IMG/VR virus record: IMGVR_UViG_3300027732_001162
From: an uncultured virus (IMG/VR IMGVR_UViG_3300027732_001162)
Lineage: Duplodnaviria; Heunggongvirae; Uroviricota; Caudoviricetes
Strand: one strand, 5' to 3'
DNA length: 56,042 nt
The translations under genes were made by a program, and so were the position numbers. The notes under the pieces are model-generated. The model was given only the letters and a program-made list of their open reading frames with translations. It was not told the origin of the DNA and searched no databases. The first letter of the stretch is position 1. Every line of letters starts with the position of its first letter. Below are positions 40,521-49,271 of the stretch, piece by piece.

Positions 40521-41417
40521 ATGAAACTAATCGATGTCATCAAAAAACTCATTTATATTGCTCCAGTAAGATGCGGACGCACTTTTTATAGTTGTGCGCT
40601 ATCGGAGACTGATAACACTGTGACAGCTACTTTTACTCCAACTGATGAATTTGTAATAACTGATCCTAGACGCGACAATGAAACATCCATGCCAACCCAT
40701 GTTAATCGCTTTGAAGAATGGCAGCACACTGGCATGGCTGTTGGTAGTATAGCATATTTTCTTGAAGAAAACAGTATTAATTATGTTGTTCAAGAATCAG
40801 TTACGAGCATACAGATCACTGTATCTAATACAGATGCTGATAGTAACTTGGACAAGTACGAAACTTTGCGCCACGCACATCGGTCGTTTGATGTCAATAC
40901 TCCTGTAGATGCACAAACTGTTGAAATTATTTCTAACATGATTGATGAGTTTACAAGAGAAAACGATGGATACAAAATAATAGTCACAGATCCCAAAGTA
41001 CGTGATATTATATACTCGTTGGCAATCTATTGGGAAGGCGAAGGCAAACCAGGAAATATACATATTCCGCAAATGAATGCACCTTTATTAATTACCTTGC
41101 CACCCAAAGAATTTGATCTTACATATTATTTCCGTATGGGGCGTTTGTATTCCAAGATAGGTCTTACTGCATTGGATCGCGGATATCAATTGGCATTTTG
41201 TAATTCTTTTAACTACTTCGATGAGAAAGTAGCAAGCATAGAAGATGTATTGCAATTAAAGTATGGTGAGTACACTGTTGGAAATTTAATACCTCGACCA
41301 TTCATATGTATTGGCAATGCATTAGATTCGAGCAAACCTTACAACTGGGTAGCAGAACATGATAAAATAATGCCTGCTTGCGTACACTTGACTGAAGATT
41401 TTATTACGGTTGTTTAA
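40521..41417 (+). CDS. Protein with C-terminal nitroreductase-like domain
   Basis: HAHRSFD...NAPLLI...GLTALDRGYQLAFC...CIG. Confidence 0.5.
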   Translation: MKLIDVIKKLIYIAPVRCGRTFYSCALSETDNTVTATFTPTDEFVITDPRRDNETSMPTHVNRFEEWQHTGMAVGSIAYFLEENSINYVVQESVTSIQITVSNTDADSNLDKYETLRHAHRSFDVNTPVDAQTVEIISNMIDEFTRENDGYKIIVTDPKVRDIIYSLAIYWEGEGKPGNIHIPQMNAPLLITLPPKEFDLTYYFRMGRLYSKIGLTALDRGYQLAFCNSFNYFDEKVASIEDVLQLKYGEYTVGNLIPRPFICIGNALDSSKPYNWVAEHDKIMPACVHLTEDFITVV

Positions 41418-41943
41418 TATACTGTTTAATTAGTTCGTCACTTACACGATCCACATACAGTAGCGGTATGTGGTTTCTATTTTCTAATATCCATTTAATT
41501 GTTTCAGCAACACAATCTGTATGTATACGTAATGGATCGTTATTGTAACTTTGTAAACCGCCTACAATAAGATGTGTAGTTTTAAAATGCTCACTACTTA
41601 ACTCTAAACTAAGATTACGCAATTTACGTTTTTCTTCGGCCGCTGTAGGCTCAATGAATTCCCATTTTTTAAATTCTAAAACACTACCTATATTAACAAC
41701 ATGTCCGTGTGTCCATGCTTTGCTAACCAATGTGAGTAGTTGGCTTTGTAAGTTGCCTTGTAATTGGCTATGATTGATGAATATATCGTAGTCAGGTAGT
41801 AACGATTTAAATTTATTCAACCCAGCGGGCGTGGTTAAATCATATCCGTTTGATCTGGAAATAAACGTAGTATCAGGGTATATTGCTTTTAACGAGCAAG
41901 CGATTCCATCTTTTGGATTTCCTGTACATAAAATTTTCATCAT
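41404..41943 (-). CDS. Short-chain dehydrogenase/reductase-like protein
   Basis: ILCTG...GIA, SRSNGYDL, DIFIN, VNIGS; canonical YxxxK absent. Confidence 0.65.
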   Translation of the reverse strand: MMKILCTGNPKDGIACSLKAIYPDTTFISRSNGYDLTTPAGLNKFKSLLPDYDIFINHSQLQGNLQSQLLTLVSKAWTHGHVVNIGSVLEFKKWEFIEPTAAEEKRKLRNLSLELSSEHFKTTHLIVGGLQSYNNDPLRIHTDCVAETIKWILENRNHIPLLYVDRVSDELIKQYIKQP

Positions 41944-41965
41944 AATATACTTATATAAATATTCA

Positions 41966-42559
41966 ATGCTAGATTTTAAAATACAACGGTTAGACAATGT
42001 TAAGTTTAATCATGCAGAACTGGTCGCATATTATCATACCCTTAAACACGACTATGATCATATGAAGTGGCAAGCGCCTCCTGGAGAATTTAGTGACCTA
42101 GCATACAGTTGGGCAATACAAACTAAAATGAAAGATGCTACCCGTCCGTGTAGCCCTTATCATTTGCCCACTGATGACGAAAATGATTTCGTTGGGGACT
42201 TTGATAGGCCAACTGAATTAGTATTTGGTTTTGGTAAAAAGATCATAGATGCATTTCCTGAAGTAAAACAAACAGTAATCACAGTGCATTATCCTGGATC
42301 AAAGTTGCCCTGGCATATTGATGTAGAGGAATATCTGTCAGACCATTGGAAAATCCATATCCCAATCGAAACTAACACTCTCAGCTATTTTCTATACGAA
42401 GGTGAAAAGTTTGTTTTAGAAACGGGCCATGCTTATTTGGTTAACACTAGTATCACTCATGCAACGGATAATCAAGGAACAACTGAACGTGCTCATTTGA
42501 TTTTCAAAATTCCAGTTAGTCATGTTGATACTATTCTAAGCACAGAGTACACTTTATGA
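41966..42559 (+). CDS. Asp/Asn beta-hydroxylase-like Fe/2OG oxygenase
   Basis: LPWHID...IHIPI...HATDN...RAHLI. Confidence 0.8.
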   Translation: MLDFKIQRLDNVKFNHAELVAYYHTLKHDYDHMKWQAPPGEFSDLAYSWAIQTKMKDATRPCSPYHLPTDDENDFVGDFDRPTELVFGFGKKIIDAFPEVKQTVITVHYPGSKLPWHIDVEEYLSDHWKIHIPIETNTLSYFLYEGEKFVLETGHAYLVNTSITHATDNQGTTERAHLIFKIPVSHVDTILSTEYTL

Positions 42560-43260
42560 TTCAATATGACTCTGTGCTAGCATTTGGTGATAGCCACGTT
42601 GCTGGTTGCGAACTGTTGGGACAAGAAATTGTCAATGACTATATCAAAGGTGATTTAAGTTTGGAAGAAATGGACAGCCAAACTAAACCGTTTGCTTTTC
42701 CTAAACTAGTAGCTGACAGTTTAAATATCCCTTGTTACAATTACGCATTAAGCGGGGGCAGTAACGACAGAAGTTTAAGACTGTTACCCAAAGCACTGGC
42801 AGATCATCCCAACAGTTTAGTATTATTTTTGTATACTGAACCACATCGAACAGAGGTGTACTACCCCGATAGCGGAAATTTCTACGCTAGAGACAATACT
42901 GATTATATTCAATTGGGTATACAGTGGAGTGGTGATCAATTCAATAATAATTTAAAAAAACACCCTATCAACAAATATTTTATTGAAAATATGCTACGGG
43001 TAAACACTGATGGTGTAGAAAATATATTATTTTATGTTGACCAAGCATGTAAGAACTTGTCTGCAAACTATCTTCATATTTTTGGATTTAGTAATATTTT
43101 TAATACAGTGCCGAATACTGACGCTAGTAAAATTTTATTTGAAGATTTTAATTCTTGGTGTTTGAAACAAGGATACGAGCAGTTGCCATTGAACCATTAT
43201 AATCAAACAGCTCACCGAGCATTTGCTGACTTAATTTTACTTAAACTCAGACAGCAGTAA
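42556..43260 (+). CDS. SGNH/GDSL hydrolase
   Basis: AFGDSH, SGGSN, LNHY. Confidence 0.7.
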   Translation: MIQYDSVLAFGDSHVAGCELLGQEIVNDYIKGDLSLEEMDSQTKPFAFPKLVADSLNIPCYNYALSGGSNDRSLRLLPKALADHPNSLVLFLYTEPHRTEVYYPDSGNFYARDNTDYIQLGIQWSGDQFNNNLKKHPINKYFIENMLRVNTDGVENILFYVDQACKNLSANYLHIFGFSNIFNTVPNTDASKILFEDFNSWCLKQGYEQLPLNHYNQTAHRAFADLILLKLRQQ

Positions 43261-43974
43261 GTGTGCTCTCGCAGTATCCCATTGATTTACTACAGTATGA
43301 ACTATGTCAACAGGATTTAACATCCATACACTACCCAGCGGCATGTGCATTTTATAGTATTTGTTAAAATCAACTGGATCTTGAAATATCCAAAATGCGT
43401 TTGGATTTGTTATTATTGGAATATGATATCTTAAATGTATATTAGAATCGTTGTGTAGATTGTATCGTTGCCCAGGCCCAACCCACGTAACGTTTAGTTG
43501 TCCTTTGAATTCTCTATCGAAAGTTTTAGCATGATGCTCAAACAAAGTTTTAATTAGTTGTTCTAAATATGTATTTTTTATCTCTGATAAAATCTCGGTC
43601 GCACGTTTGGGATCACCGCCATCGTCTTTTATCCATTCTACAGTTCCCCTAAATTTACGCCAACGATCATCTCCGGTTAATTCCGGGTAATGTGTTAGAT
43701 TCATATCCCATGCAATAGGGTCTTTGGGATTTCCTAACTGCTTGTATTTTCCTACAAAATCGTCACGTAGCATTTCTACAATCAATTTATAAGAATAACC
43801 TAAATTACGAAATAAATCAAACCAACCTTCTAATAATAATTCTGTATCTACTGAGATATCTAACGGCCAGCAATATCCTGGCATTGTGTCGACTCGTAGG
43901 GCGGACAAACAGATACTGTCTATATCATGATGATCTTGTATGTGATGAGTATGCTCTACGATTTTATTTTCCAT
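43237..43974 (-). CDS. Asp/Asn beta-hydroxylase-like Fe/2OG oxygenase
   Basis: YNLHND...RYHIPI...HTVVN...RAHLL. Confidence 0.78.
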   Translation of the reverse strand: MENKIVEHTHHIQDHHDIDSICLSALRVDTMPGYCWPLDISVDTELLLEGWFDLFRNLGYSYKLIVEMLRDDFVGKYKQLGNPKDPIAWDMNLTHYPELTGDDRWRKFRGTVEWIKDDGGDPKRATEILSEIKNTYLEQLIKTLFEHHAKTFDREFKGQLNVTWVGPGQRYNLHNDSNIHLRYHIPIITNPNAFWIFQDPVDFNKYYKMHMPLGSVWMLNPVDIVHTVVNQWDTARAHLLLSEFK

Positions 43975-43988
43975 ACACTATATATCAT

Positions 43989-44014
43989 AAAAAAAGGACC
44001 CGAAGGTCCTTTTT
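43989..44014. terminator. Intrinsic terminator after tail-fibre gene
   Basis: aaaaaaaggacc-cgaa-ggtcctttt. Confidence 0.85.
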
Positions 44015-44028
44015 ATCAATTGAATTTG

Positions 44029-45102
44029 TTATCCAATACGCCAAATAGCACCGTCTGAGTAAACCGGAACCATGTTTGATCCGCCGCTGGTGTATGCTGT
44101 TGCAAATGTAGCCACGGTGGCATCGGATACAAATGCTCTTGCGCCGCGACCACTGCTAGTCGCACTTGGAATTGCTGTACCAGCCGCAGAGTATAATGTA
44201 GTTGCAAGTATAGGAGCATTAAATATACCGTATTGGTCAAGGGTTGCCCGTACCACTGTTGCATCTCCATCTCCTACAGTGAAACCTAATATACCTTGGG
44301 ATTTCTTATCAGGGTCTGTAAGATCGTTAGTCGGGCCCTTGTATACTGCAAATATACTAGCCACTGTTTGGTAAATACCGCTTGAATTATATCCGGCAAA
44401 TTTAACACCGCCACAGCCGTCGTCGGCTATCAGCGTGGTAGGAGAGGCAAGGGTTCCTTTTGACGCAAAAAATTCCAAGGCCACGCCTGGTGGTCCATAG
44501 ACATTCACAGCATTACTGGCGCTTGGATAGATGTTTACTACAGAACTTACAGTTGGAGTACCTAGACTAATTACCTGATTAGTAGTTGTAATGGAATTAG
44601 TTGTTAACGTAAGGGTGCTATTACTGATACTGCCGTTGGAGGCAGTGATATTACCTGTGATATTGATAAGTCCAGTGCCTACAATATTTCGACTGTTCAA
44701 TGTTAGGTTACCGCCTAATGAAGGTGTAAGATCTCCAGAAACTGTTGATAAACCACCTACATTTGTAACAACTGCATTGATTACGTTTGTACTTCCATTA
44801 TAACTGAATGTAATTCCAGTATTGCCAGCGTTTCCGGCTACTAAAGCCGCACCCGAATCAATCTTCGCTTGAGTTACTGAATAGTATTTGTTTGTTGAAC
44901 CTTGCGTAACTTGATCTGTTGTTAACACAACTGTTCCAGTAGATCCGTTAACACTTTTAACAGGAGACAATTGAGTTCCGCCATTGGTTACGCCGTCGCC
45001 CACATATATGTCTTTAAGATCGGTTGTGTAAATTAATTCTCCCGCTTTAAAGGCAATAGTTTGTCTTTGAGCATCGGTTCCTCGTCTTATTTGTAGCGCC
45101 AT
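44029..45102 (-). CDS. Tail fibre/virion structural protein
   Basis: MALQIRRGT...GELIYTTD...YVGDGVT N-terminus, SVNG and PSLGGNL repeats, Gly/Thr/Ser-rich. Confidence 0.8.
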   Translation of the reverse strand: MALQIRRGTDAQRQTIAFKAGELIYTTDLKDIYVGDGVTNGGTQLSPVKSVNGSTGTVVLTTDQVTQGSTNKYYSVTQAKIDSGAALVAGNAGNTGITFSYNGSTNVINAVVTNVGGLSTVSGDLTPSLGGNLTLNSRNIVGTGLINITGNITASNGSISNSTLTLTTNSITTTNQVISLGTPTVSSVVNIYPSASNAVNVYGPPGVALEFFASKGTLASPTTLIADDGCGGVKFAGYNSSGIYQTVASIFAVYKGPTNDLTDPDKKSQGILGFTVGDGDATVVRATLDQYGIFNAPILATTLYSAAGTAIPSATSSGRGARAFVSDATVATFATAYTSGGSNMVPVYSDGAIWRIG

Positions 45103-45182
45103 TGATATCTCCGTATATACTAGTAGGGGCACGGCCCCAAGTTCTTATATACTATTTATTCTCTACAGCAGAAGGCATAGTC

Positions 45183-45209
45183 AAAAAAATAGGGCCCAAA
45201 GGCCCTATT
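45183..45209 (-). terminator. Intrinsic terminator
   Basis: aatagggcc/ggccctatt hairpin with U-run on minus strand. Confidence 0.8.
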
Positions 45210-45223
45210 AAAGTGCTACTATA

Positions 45224-45832
45224 TTACATAGTAGGACCGTTTCCACTCTTAAATCCTATTGATCCGCCTTCTGCTTCAATGTTCTTTATGACATCTTCAA
45301 ACAGAATTGGAGCAAAGTCTGGAGTTTGTTCCACGCATACACAATGATAGCGCACATCGGGCTCATCGCTGTATAGAACTTCTCCAGTTCTAGCATCAAC
45401 TCCACGGGCTCGTTTCACACGATTTGCGTGAGTGTGTCCGTGAATGTTTGTACCAAAACGACCCATTGAATCCGAATGTAACGGAATATGGCTAAGGATC
45501 ATGCCATTCATAACGTGATAAGCTCTAAGCTCTCTAAAGTACATACGGTATTCGTCGTCTCTAAAGATATCGTGGTTGCCACGGATTAAAACTTTGTCAC
45601 CGTTTAAACGGCTCATGATTTTTAACGATTTACGGTTAATAACAACGTCACCTAAATGGTAGACCTTGTCAGTGGGTTTAACACGTTCGTTCCAGGCCTT
45701 GACCATTGCTTCGTCCATTTCCTCAGCCGAATCCCATGGGCGAAGTTTTGTGACACCATCGTTACGTGTGAAGCGACAGACGCCGGTGTGTCCGAAATGC
45801 GTGTCGCTGACTAAAAATACACTAGGCATCAT
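45224..45832 (-). CDS. Calcineurin-like metallophosphoesterase
   Basis: SDTHFGH, HLGD, GNHD, HGHTH. Confidence 0.9.
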   Translation of the reverse strand: MMPSVFLVSDTHFGHTGVCRFTRNDGVTKLRPWDSAEEMDEAMVKAWNERVKPTDKVYHLGDVVINRKSLKIMSRLNGDKVLIRGNHDIFRDDEYRMYFRELRAYHVMNGMILSHIPLHSDSMGRFGTNIHGHTHANRVKRARGVDARTGEVLYSDEPDVRYHCVCVEQTPDFAPILFEDVIKNIEAEGGSIGFKSGNGPTM

Positions 45833-45857
45833 GCCCTCCTTTCTTGTTTAATTGTAT

Positions 45858-45886
45858 ATTATACAACCAAAAGGAGAGTTTGTCAA
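45858..45886 (-). promoter_or_regulatory. sigma70-type promoter
   Basis: TTGACA-N17-TATAAT. Confidence 0.85.
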
Positions 45887-45899
45887 CTGCTCGTTTTGG

Positions 45900-46124
45900 C
45901 TATACTACCCTGCAATATCGTGTTTGAAAAGAAAATTGATCCTTTTCGTATAGTGTATCACTGGCGTGATCACCGTAGCGAATAGTACTGCCTTCAATTT
46001 CACGAATAGTTACAACCCTGTCAACTCCATCTGCTTGTGCCCATTCTTGTCCCACAGCAAGTTCTACTAGTGGGTAAATGTAGCCGCACATTAGATTACG
46101 ACCATTAATGTATTCAACTCTCAT
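45900..46124 (-). CDS. Hypothetical protein
   Basis: Start moved to MRVEY; TAATG coupling. Confidence 0.55.
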   Translation of the reverse strand: MRVEYINGRNLMCGYIYPLVELAVGQEWAQADGVDRVVTIREIEGSTIRYGDHASDTLYEKDQFSFQTRYCRVV

Positions 46125-46606
46125 TATACTCTCCAAATTTCTTTGAAACCTTCTTCTAGGGACGGTTCTTCCCAATTATCAATCATGCCCTGTACAACTT
46201 CCCAAGGAACATCTTTGCCAGGACGACTGGCTAAACGTTCTTTGAGTACATCCAAATCTGGAGTACGGAACACTACAGCAATATGTTCATAATTCAAAGA
46301 CTCTGGCAATGCATTGAATTTACGAGCACGACTTGCAACAGTAGTGCTGGTCTGATCCCAAACAATGTCCATCTGAAGTGCAGATGCCATATTGACATTC
46401 ACCATCATCTGCTTGATAGCAGTGGGCATGTATTCTGTAAAAACTTCACTGTATGTTTTTCCTTGATCCTGCGCATATCCTTCAACATGCTGATCTGTAG
46501 AAACATACTTGTGACCTTCTTTGTCCTCGCCTAGCCAATCTTGATTGTTGTACCAAGTACTTTTACCTGCGGCAGGCACTCCGATTAATTGATAACACTT
46601 GGGCAT
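46124..46606 (-). CDS. Polynucleotide kinase-like P-loop protein (AAA_33 type)
   Basis: GVPAAGKST, VSTD, IVWDQT, PSLEEGF. Confidence 0.8.
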   Translation of the reverse strand: MPKCYQLIGVPAAGKSTWYNNQDWLGEDKEGHKYVSTDQHVEGYAQDQGKTYSEVFTEYMPTAIKQMMVNVNMASALQMDIVWDQTSTTVASRARKFNALPESLNYEHIAVVFRTPDLDVLKERLASRPGKDVPWEVVQGMIDNWEEPSLEEGFKEIWRV

Positions 46607-46773
46607 TAATGCACTGCTTCTTTCACATCCACGTCACATTCAACTACCCAATTCTCAAACTGGGTAAACTTATTTACTTCAACTCCAAGTCCAACTGCTT
46701 CGTTCACAAAATGTTTTAACAGCGAATTGTACAGTTCGTCAGGCATTGTGTCTTTGTTAAATCGAATTTTCAT
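46606..46773 (-). CDS. Hypothetical protein (55 aa)
   Basis: Manual translation MKIRFNKDTMPDELY... Confidence 0.6.
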   Translation of the reverse strand: MKIRFNKDTMPDELYNSLLKHFVNEAVGLGVEVNKFTQFENWVVECDVDVKEAVH

Positions 46774-46775
46774 AA

Positions 46776-46946
46776 TTAATAAACTTCTTTTACAATTTTA
46801 AATTCAGTGGTTGGATACTTTGCTTTGAATTCGTCTGTGTTAACAAAATCGTTGTATTGCTTTGCATTGAAAAACATACGATGAAAAACTGATTTGTGAT
46901 CCATTGTAGTTACTGTGAGGTAAACCGATTTCGCTTTGCCAGCCAT
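46776..46946 (-). CDS. Hypothetical protein (56 aa)
   Basis: AAGGAG RBS; MAGKAKSVYLTV... Confidence 0.65.
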   Translation of the reverse strand: MAGKAKSVYLTVTTMDHKSVFHRMFFNAKQYNDFVNTDEFKAKYPTTEFKIVKEVY

Positions 46947-46972
46947 TAGTATCTCCTTGTTTGTATCTATAT

Positions 46973-47001
46973 ATTATACAACAAACAAGGAGATGTGTCA
47001 A
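46973..47001 (-). promoter_or_regulatory. sigma70-type promoter inside an inverted repeat
   Basis: TTGACA-N17-TATAAT. Confidence 0.85.
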
Positions 47002-47005
47002 CCAA

Positions 47006-47482
47006 TCAAATGTCTCCGTCCTGGCGCATATACTCATCCCCTGCAAGCGGTATGTGCTGTTCAGCCTCATCATAAGTCCAACCCAGATGCTTCATCATGC
47101 GATGTTTGACCAACAAGTTTGGACTGCGGAAACGCTCAGTATCACTGAAGCCCATCATGACTCCAACCTCACAAACCGCACCCGATCTGCAAATGCCAGC
47201 GTAGCAATGAACAACCACATTCATTCGGTTAGCCAATGCGTGTTGTAGCAAGCGAACCAGCTCTGCGGCCTGCTCATGACTACACTTCATTGCTTCTTCC
47301 AGCACAGAATCCTTTTCTTCCACGTCCAAAAACTCAAAGTTGTGACGCTCTTTAAACTGATGCTTGGCTTCAGGACGCCAGCTGGCTGGATCCACAATAC
47401 TGATCAGCATACTGTTTGGGCCAGCCGCGTGATGAAATCCTGTTGGAATATCAGCGGCCGCTACATTTTCAATCCATGGCAT
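47006..47482 (-). CDS. Cys-based protein tyrosine/dual-specificity phosphatase-like protein
   Basis: VHCYAGICRSGA (CX5R). Confidence 0.85.
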   Translation of the reverse strand: MPWIENVAAADIPTGFHHAAGPNSMLISIVDPASWRPEAKHQFKERHNFEFLDVEEKDSVLEEAMKCSHEQAAELVRLLQHALANRMNVVVHCYAGICRSGAVCEVGVMMGFSDTERFRSPNLLVKHRMMKHLGWTYDEAEQHIPLAGDEYMRQDGDI

Positions 47483-47756
47483 TTTGTTCTTCCTTTATAG
47501 GTTGGTCGGGAATGTTGTCTGTATCGCTGTCTTGAGCAAGTACAAAGCCTAATCCTAACAATGTTTTCATTTCAAATTGTGTACAGTTACCACGGAAGAT
47601 AAAAATTCTACGAGTTAAATCATCCTTGGCATAGTAAATTCTATAGCTTACACGAGGAACATCAAACTTTTCAGCAAGCGTTGACATACTAATCTCATCA
47701 CTCCACTCTTCGGTTACAGCAGATCTAGTTTGCTCATAGTAAAAATCCTGCATCAT
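47469..47756 (-). CDS. Hypothetical protein
   Basis: Operon-packed ORF. Confidence 0.6.
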   Translation of the reverse strand: MMQDFYYEQTRSAVTEEWSDEISMSTLAEKFDVPRVSYRIYYAKDDLTRRIFIFRGNCTQFEMKTLLGLGFVLAQDSDTDNIPDQPIKEEQNAMD

Positions 47757-47983
47757 ACTCGTTCTTTCTTTACACGACCAATACGGCTGGCTTTGTTCCA
47801 ATCGTAAGCAACACCATCAGGGCACTTACCATCTTCTACTGTATCAACACCGAATCGACCTACAACTTCAAAATCTGGACCTCGAATAGCAACAAACACA
47901 TCAACCGCTTTGGCAAATGCCATTGCTTCGTTCAATGTGATGAATCGTTCTAGTTCTACATCATTACCTATTACTTTATACAT
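47753..47983 (-). CDS. Hypothetical protein
   Basis: Operon-packed ORF. Confidence 0.65.
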   Translation of the reverse strand: MYKVIGNDVELERFITLNEAMAFAKAVDVFVAIRGPDFEVVGRFGVDTVEDGKCPDGVAYDWNKASRIGRVKKERV

Positions 47984-48521
47984 TTTCTCGTTTTCTCTTT
48001 CTATACGTTTCGTTATTACAATAAGGCCAAATCACCGGAATTACAGCCTCTTCAATTTCGCTAATTTGTTCAGCGGATAAATGATCCAAATTCCAAACTA
48101 ATACGGGCAACGTATCAACGTTGACCTTGTGTGTTACTGGAAAGTCCAGCACACCAGGTGCCACACGTTTCTTACCAACTTTAACATAGTGGCTTGGAAT
48201 CTCTTCCACTCCTTCGATGATGTATTTACATACACCTTGTTTCCAACCTTCTGGGAACTGCCACTTGGGTTCTACTTTTTCAACTGGAGTACTGTACAAT
48301 GTGGCCAAGTCCACGTCCAACTTGGGACGATGTGTTTGGTGACGATTGATCACTGTATTTGTCGCGGCCTTACCAAAGTAAAAATTTACTTTGGGATAGA
48401 TGTAATACAAACCTCTGTGGTTGCCCACTTCGCCTCTGTTAATAGCACCTTCAGTAGTTGAGTATGGTTCAACCCACTCATGACCCAACTGCTCAAATAC
48501 TACACGAATTTTGTCAATCAT
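47976..48521 (-). CDS. Hypothetical protein, GIY-YIG-like motif
   Basis: GLYYIY...FYFGKA...RH, distal E and N. Confidence 0.5.
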   Translation of the reverse strand: MIDKIRVVFEQLGHEWVEPYSTTEGAINRGEVGNHRGLYYIYPKVNFYFGKAATNTVINRHQTHRPKLDVDLATLYSTPVEKVEPKWQFPEGWKQGVCKYIIEGVEEIPSHYVKVGKKRVAPGVLDFPVTHKVNVDTLPVLVWNLDHLSAEQISEIEEAVIPVIWPYCNNETYRKRKRENV

Positions 48522-48856
48522 GCTGTTTGCAATTCTTTCACATGTTTACAATCACCACGAAATGTAAATCCTGGGCAAGTGCAAGTGTTATCATCCAAAT
48601 TGACAATGTATGTTTGACCTTTGCTTCCAACAACTTCTTTGGTGTTGCGTACACTACCGCCTAGGCCTGTAAACGGATTTGTTTTAATTGGCTCAAACTT
48701 ACGTCCACGCTTGTCAATGCGGATTGGATTTTTAAACCAAAACTCTTCTTCTGTGCCTTTTCTAATGTAGGCCACCATCTTATCTCCATTCAAGAGATAA
48801 ATGTGGTTAGCTTGTAAGCTACCTTCCCAAACTGTGATTTCTTTTACTGCTTCCAT
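48518..48856 (-). CDS. SWIM zinc-finger protein
   Basis: GSKGQTYIV...CTCPGFTFRGDCKH. Confidence 0.75.
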   Translation of the reverse strand: MEAVKEITVWEGSLQANHIYLLNGDKMVAYIRKGTEEEFWFKNPIRIDKRGRKFEPIKTNPFTGLGGSVRNTKEVVGSKGQTYIVNLDDNTCTCPGFTFRGDCKHVKELQTA

Positions 48857-49053
48857 TATTTCACCATCAATCCAACAAGTTCAAAATATTCGGAGTGTGG
48901 CACATAGAAATCCGTTCGCGGATCCCAGTACTTGCCTTCTTGGGGATCATAGTAAAGGATACGGCCGTTGAAATAAAATGGGCCTTCCAAACCTTTACGG
49001 ATTTGGTAACCTTGCATGATATCTTCCGTTTTGCCCAATACACGATAACCCAT
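48856..49053 (-). CDS. Hypothetical phage protein
   Basis: AAGGAG RBS; GLEGPF...LYYDPQEGKYWDP. Confidence 0.7.
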   Translation of the reverse strand: MGYRVLGKTEDIMQGYQIRKGLEGPFYFNGRILYYDPQEGKYWDPRTDFYVPHSEYFELVGLMVK

Positions 49054-49082
49054 TTCTGCTCCTTTTTTGCTAGTATTTGTAT

Positions 49083-49111
49083 ATTATACAGTCAAAAAGA
49101 AGTCCTGTCAA
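49083..49111 (-). promoter_or_regulatory. sigma70-type promoter
   Basis: TTGACA-N17-TATAAT. Confidence 0.85.
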
Positions 49112-49271
49112 CTATGCATCAACAGGACTGATGTTGTTATAAAACAACGAATTAGTGATAAGTTTTTTTGTGTCAGGAAACTTACCAAACCCCGGATACA
49201 CAGCCCATCCCACATTTCGTGTATCGCGGATGCTGGATTCTCAGCCTAGGCTAAGGTGGGCCAGCAGTTAC

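Noticed and set aside
47976..48521. Mobile homing endonuclease or intron
   Set aside because: Only a weak GIY-YIG-like motif; no interrupted host gene or intron core seen.
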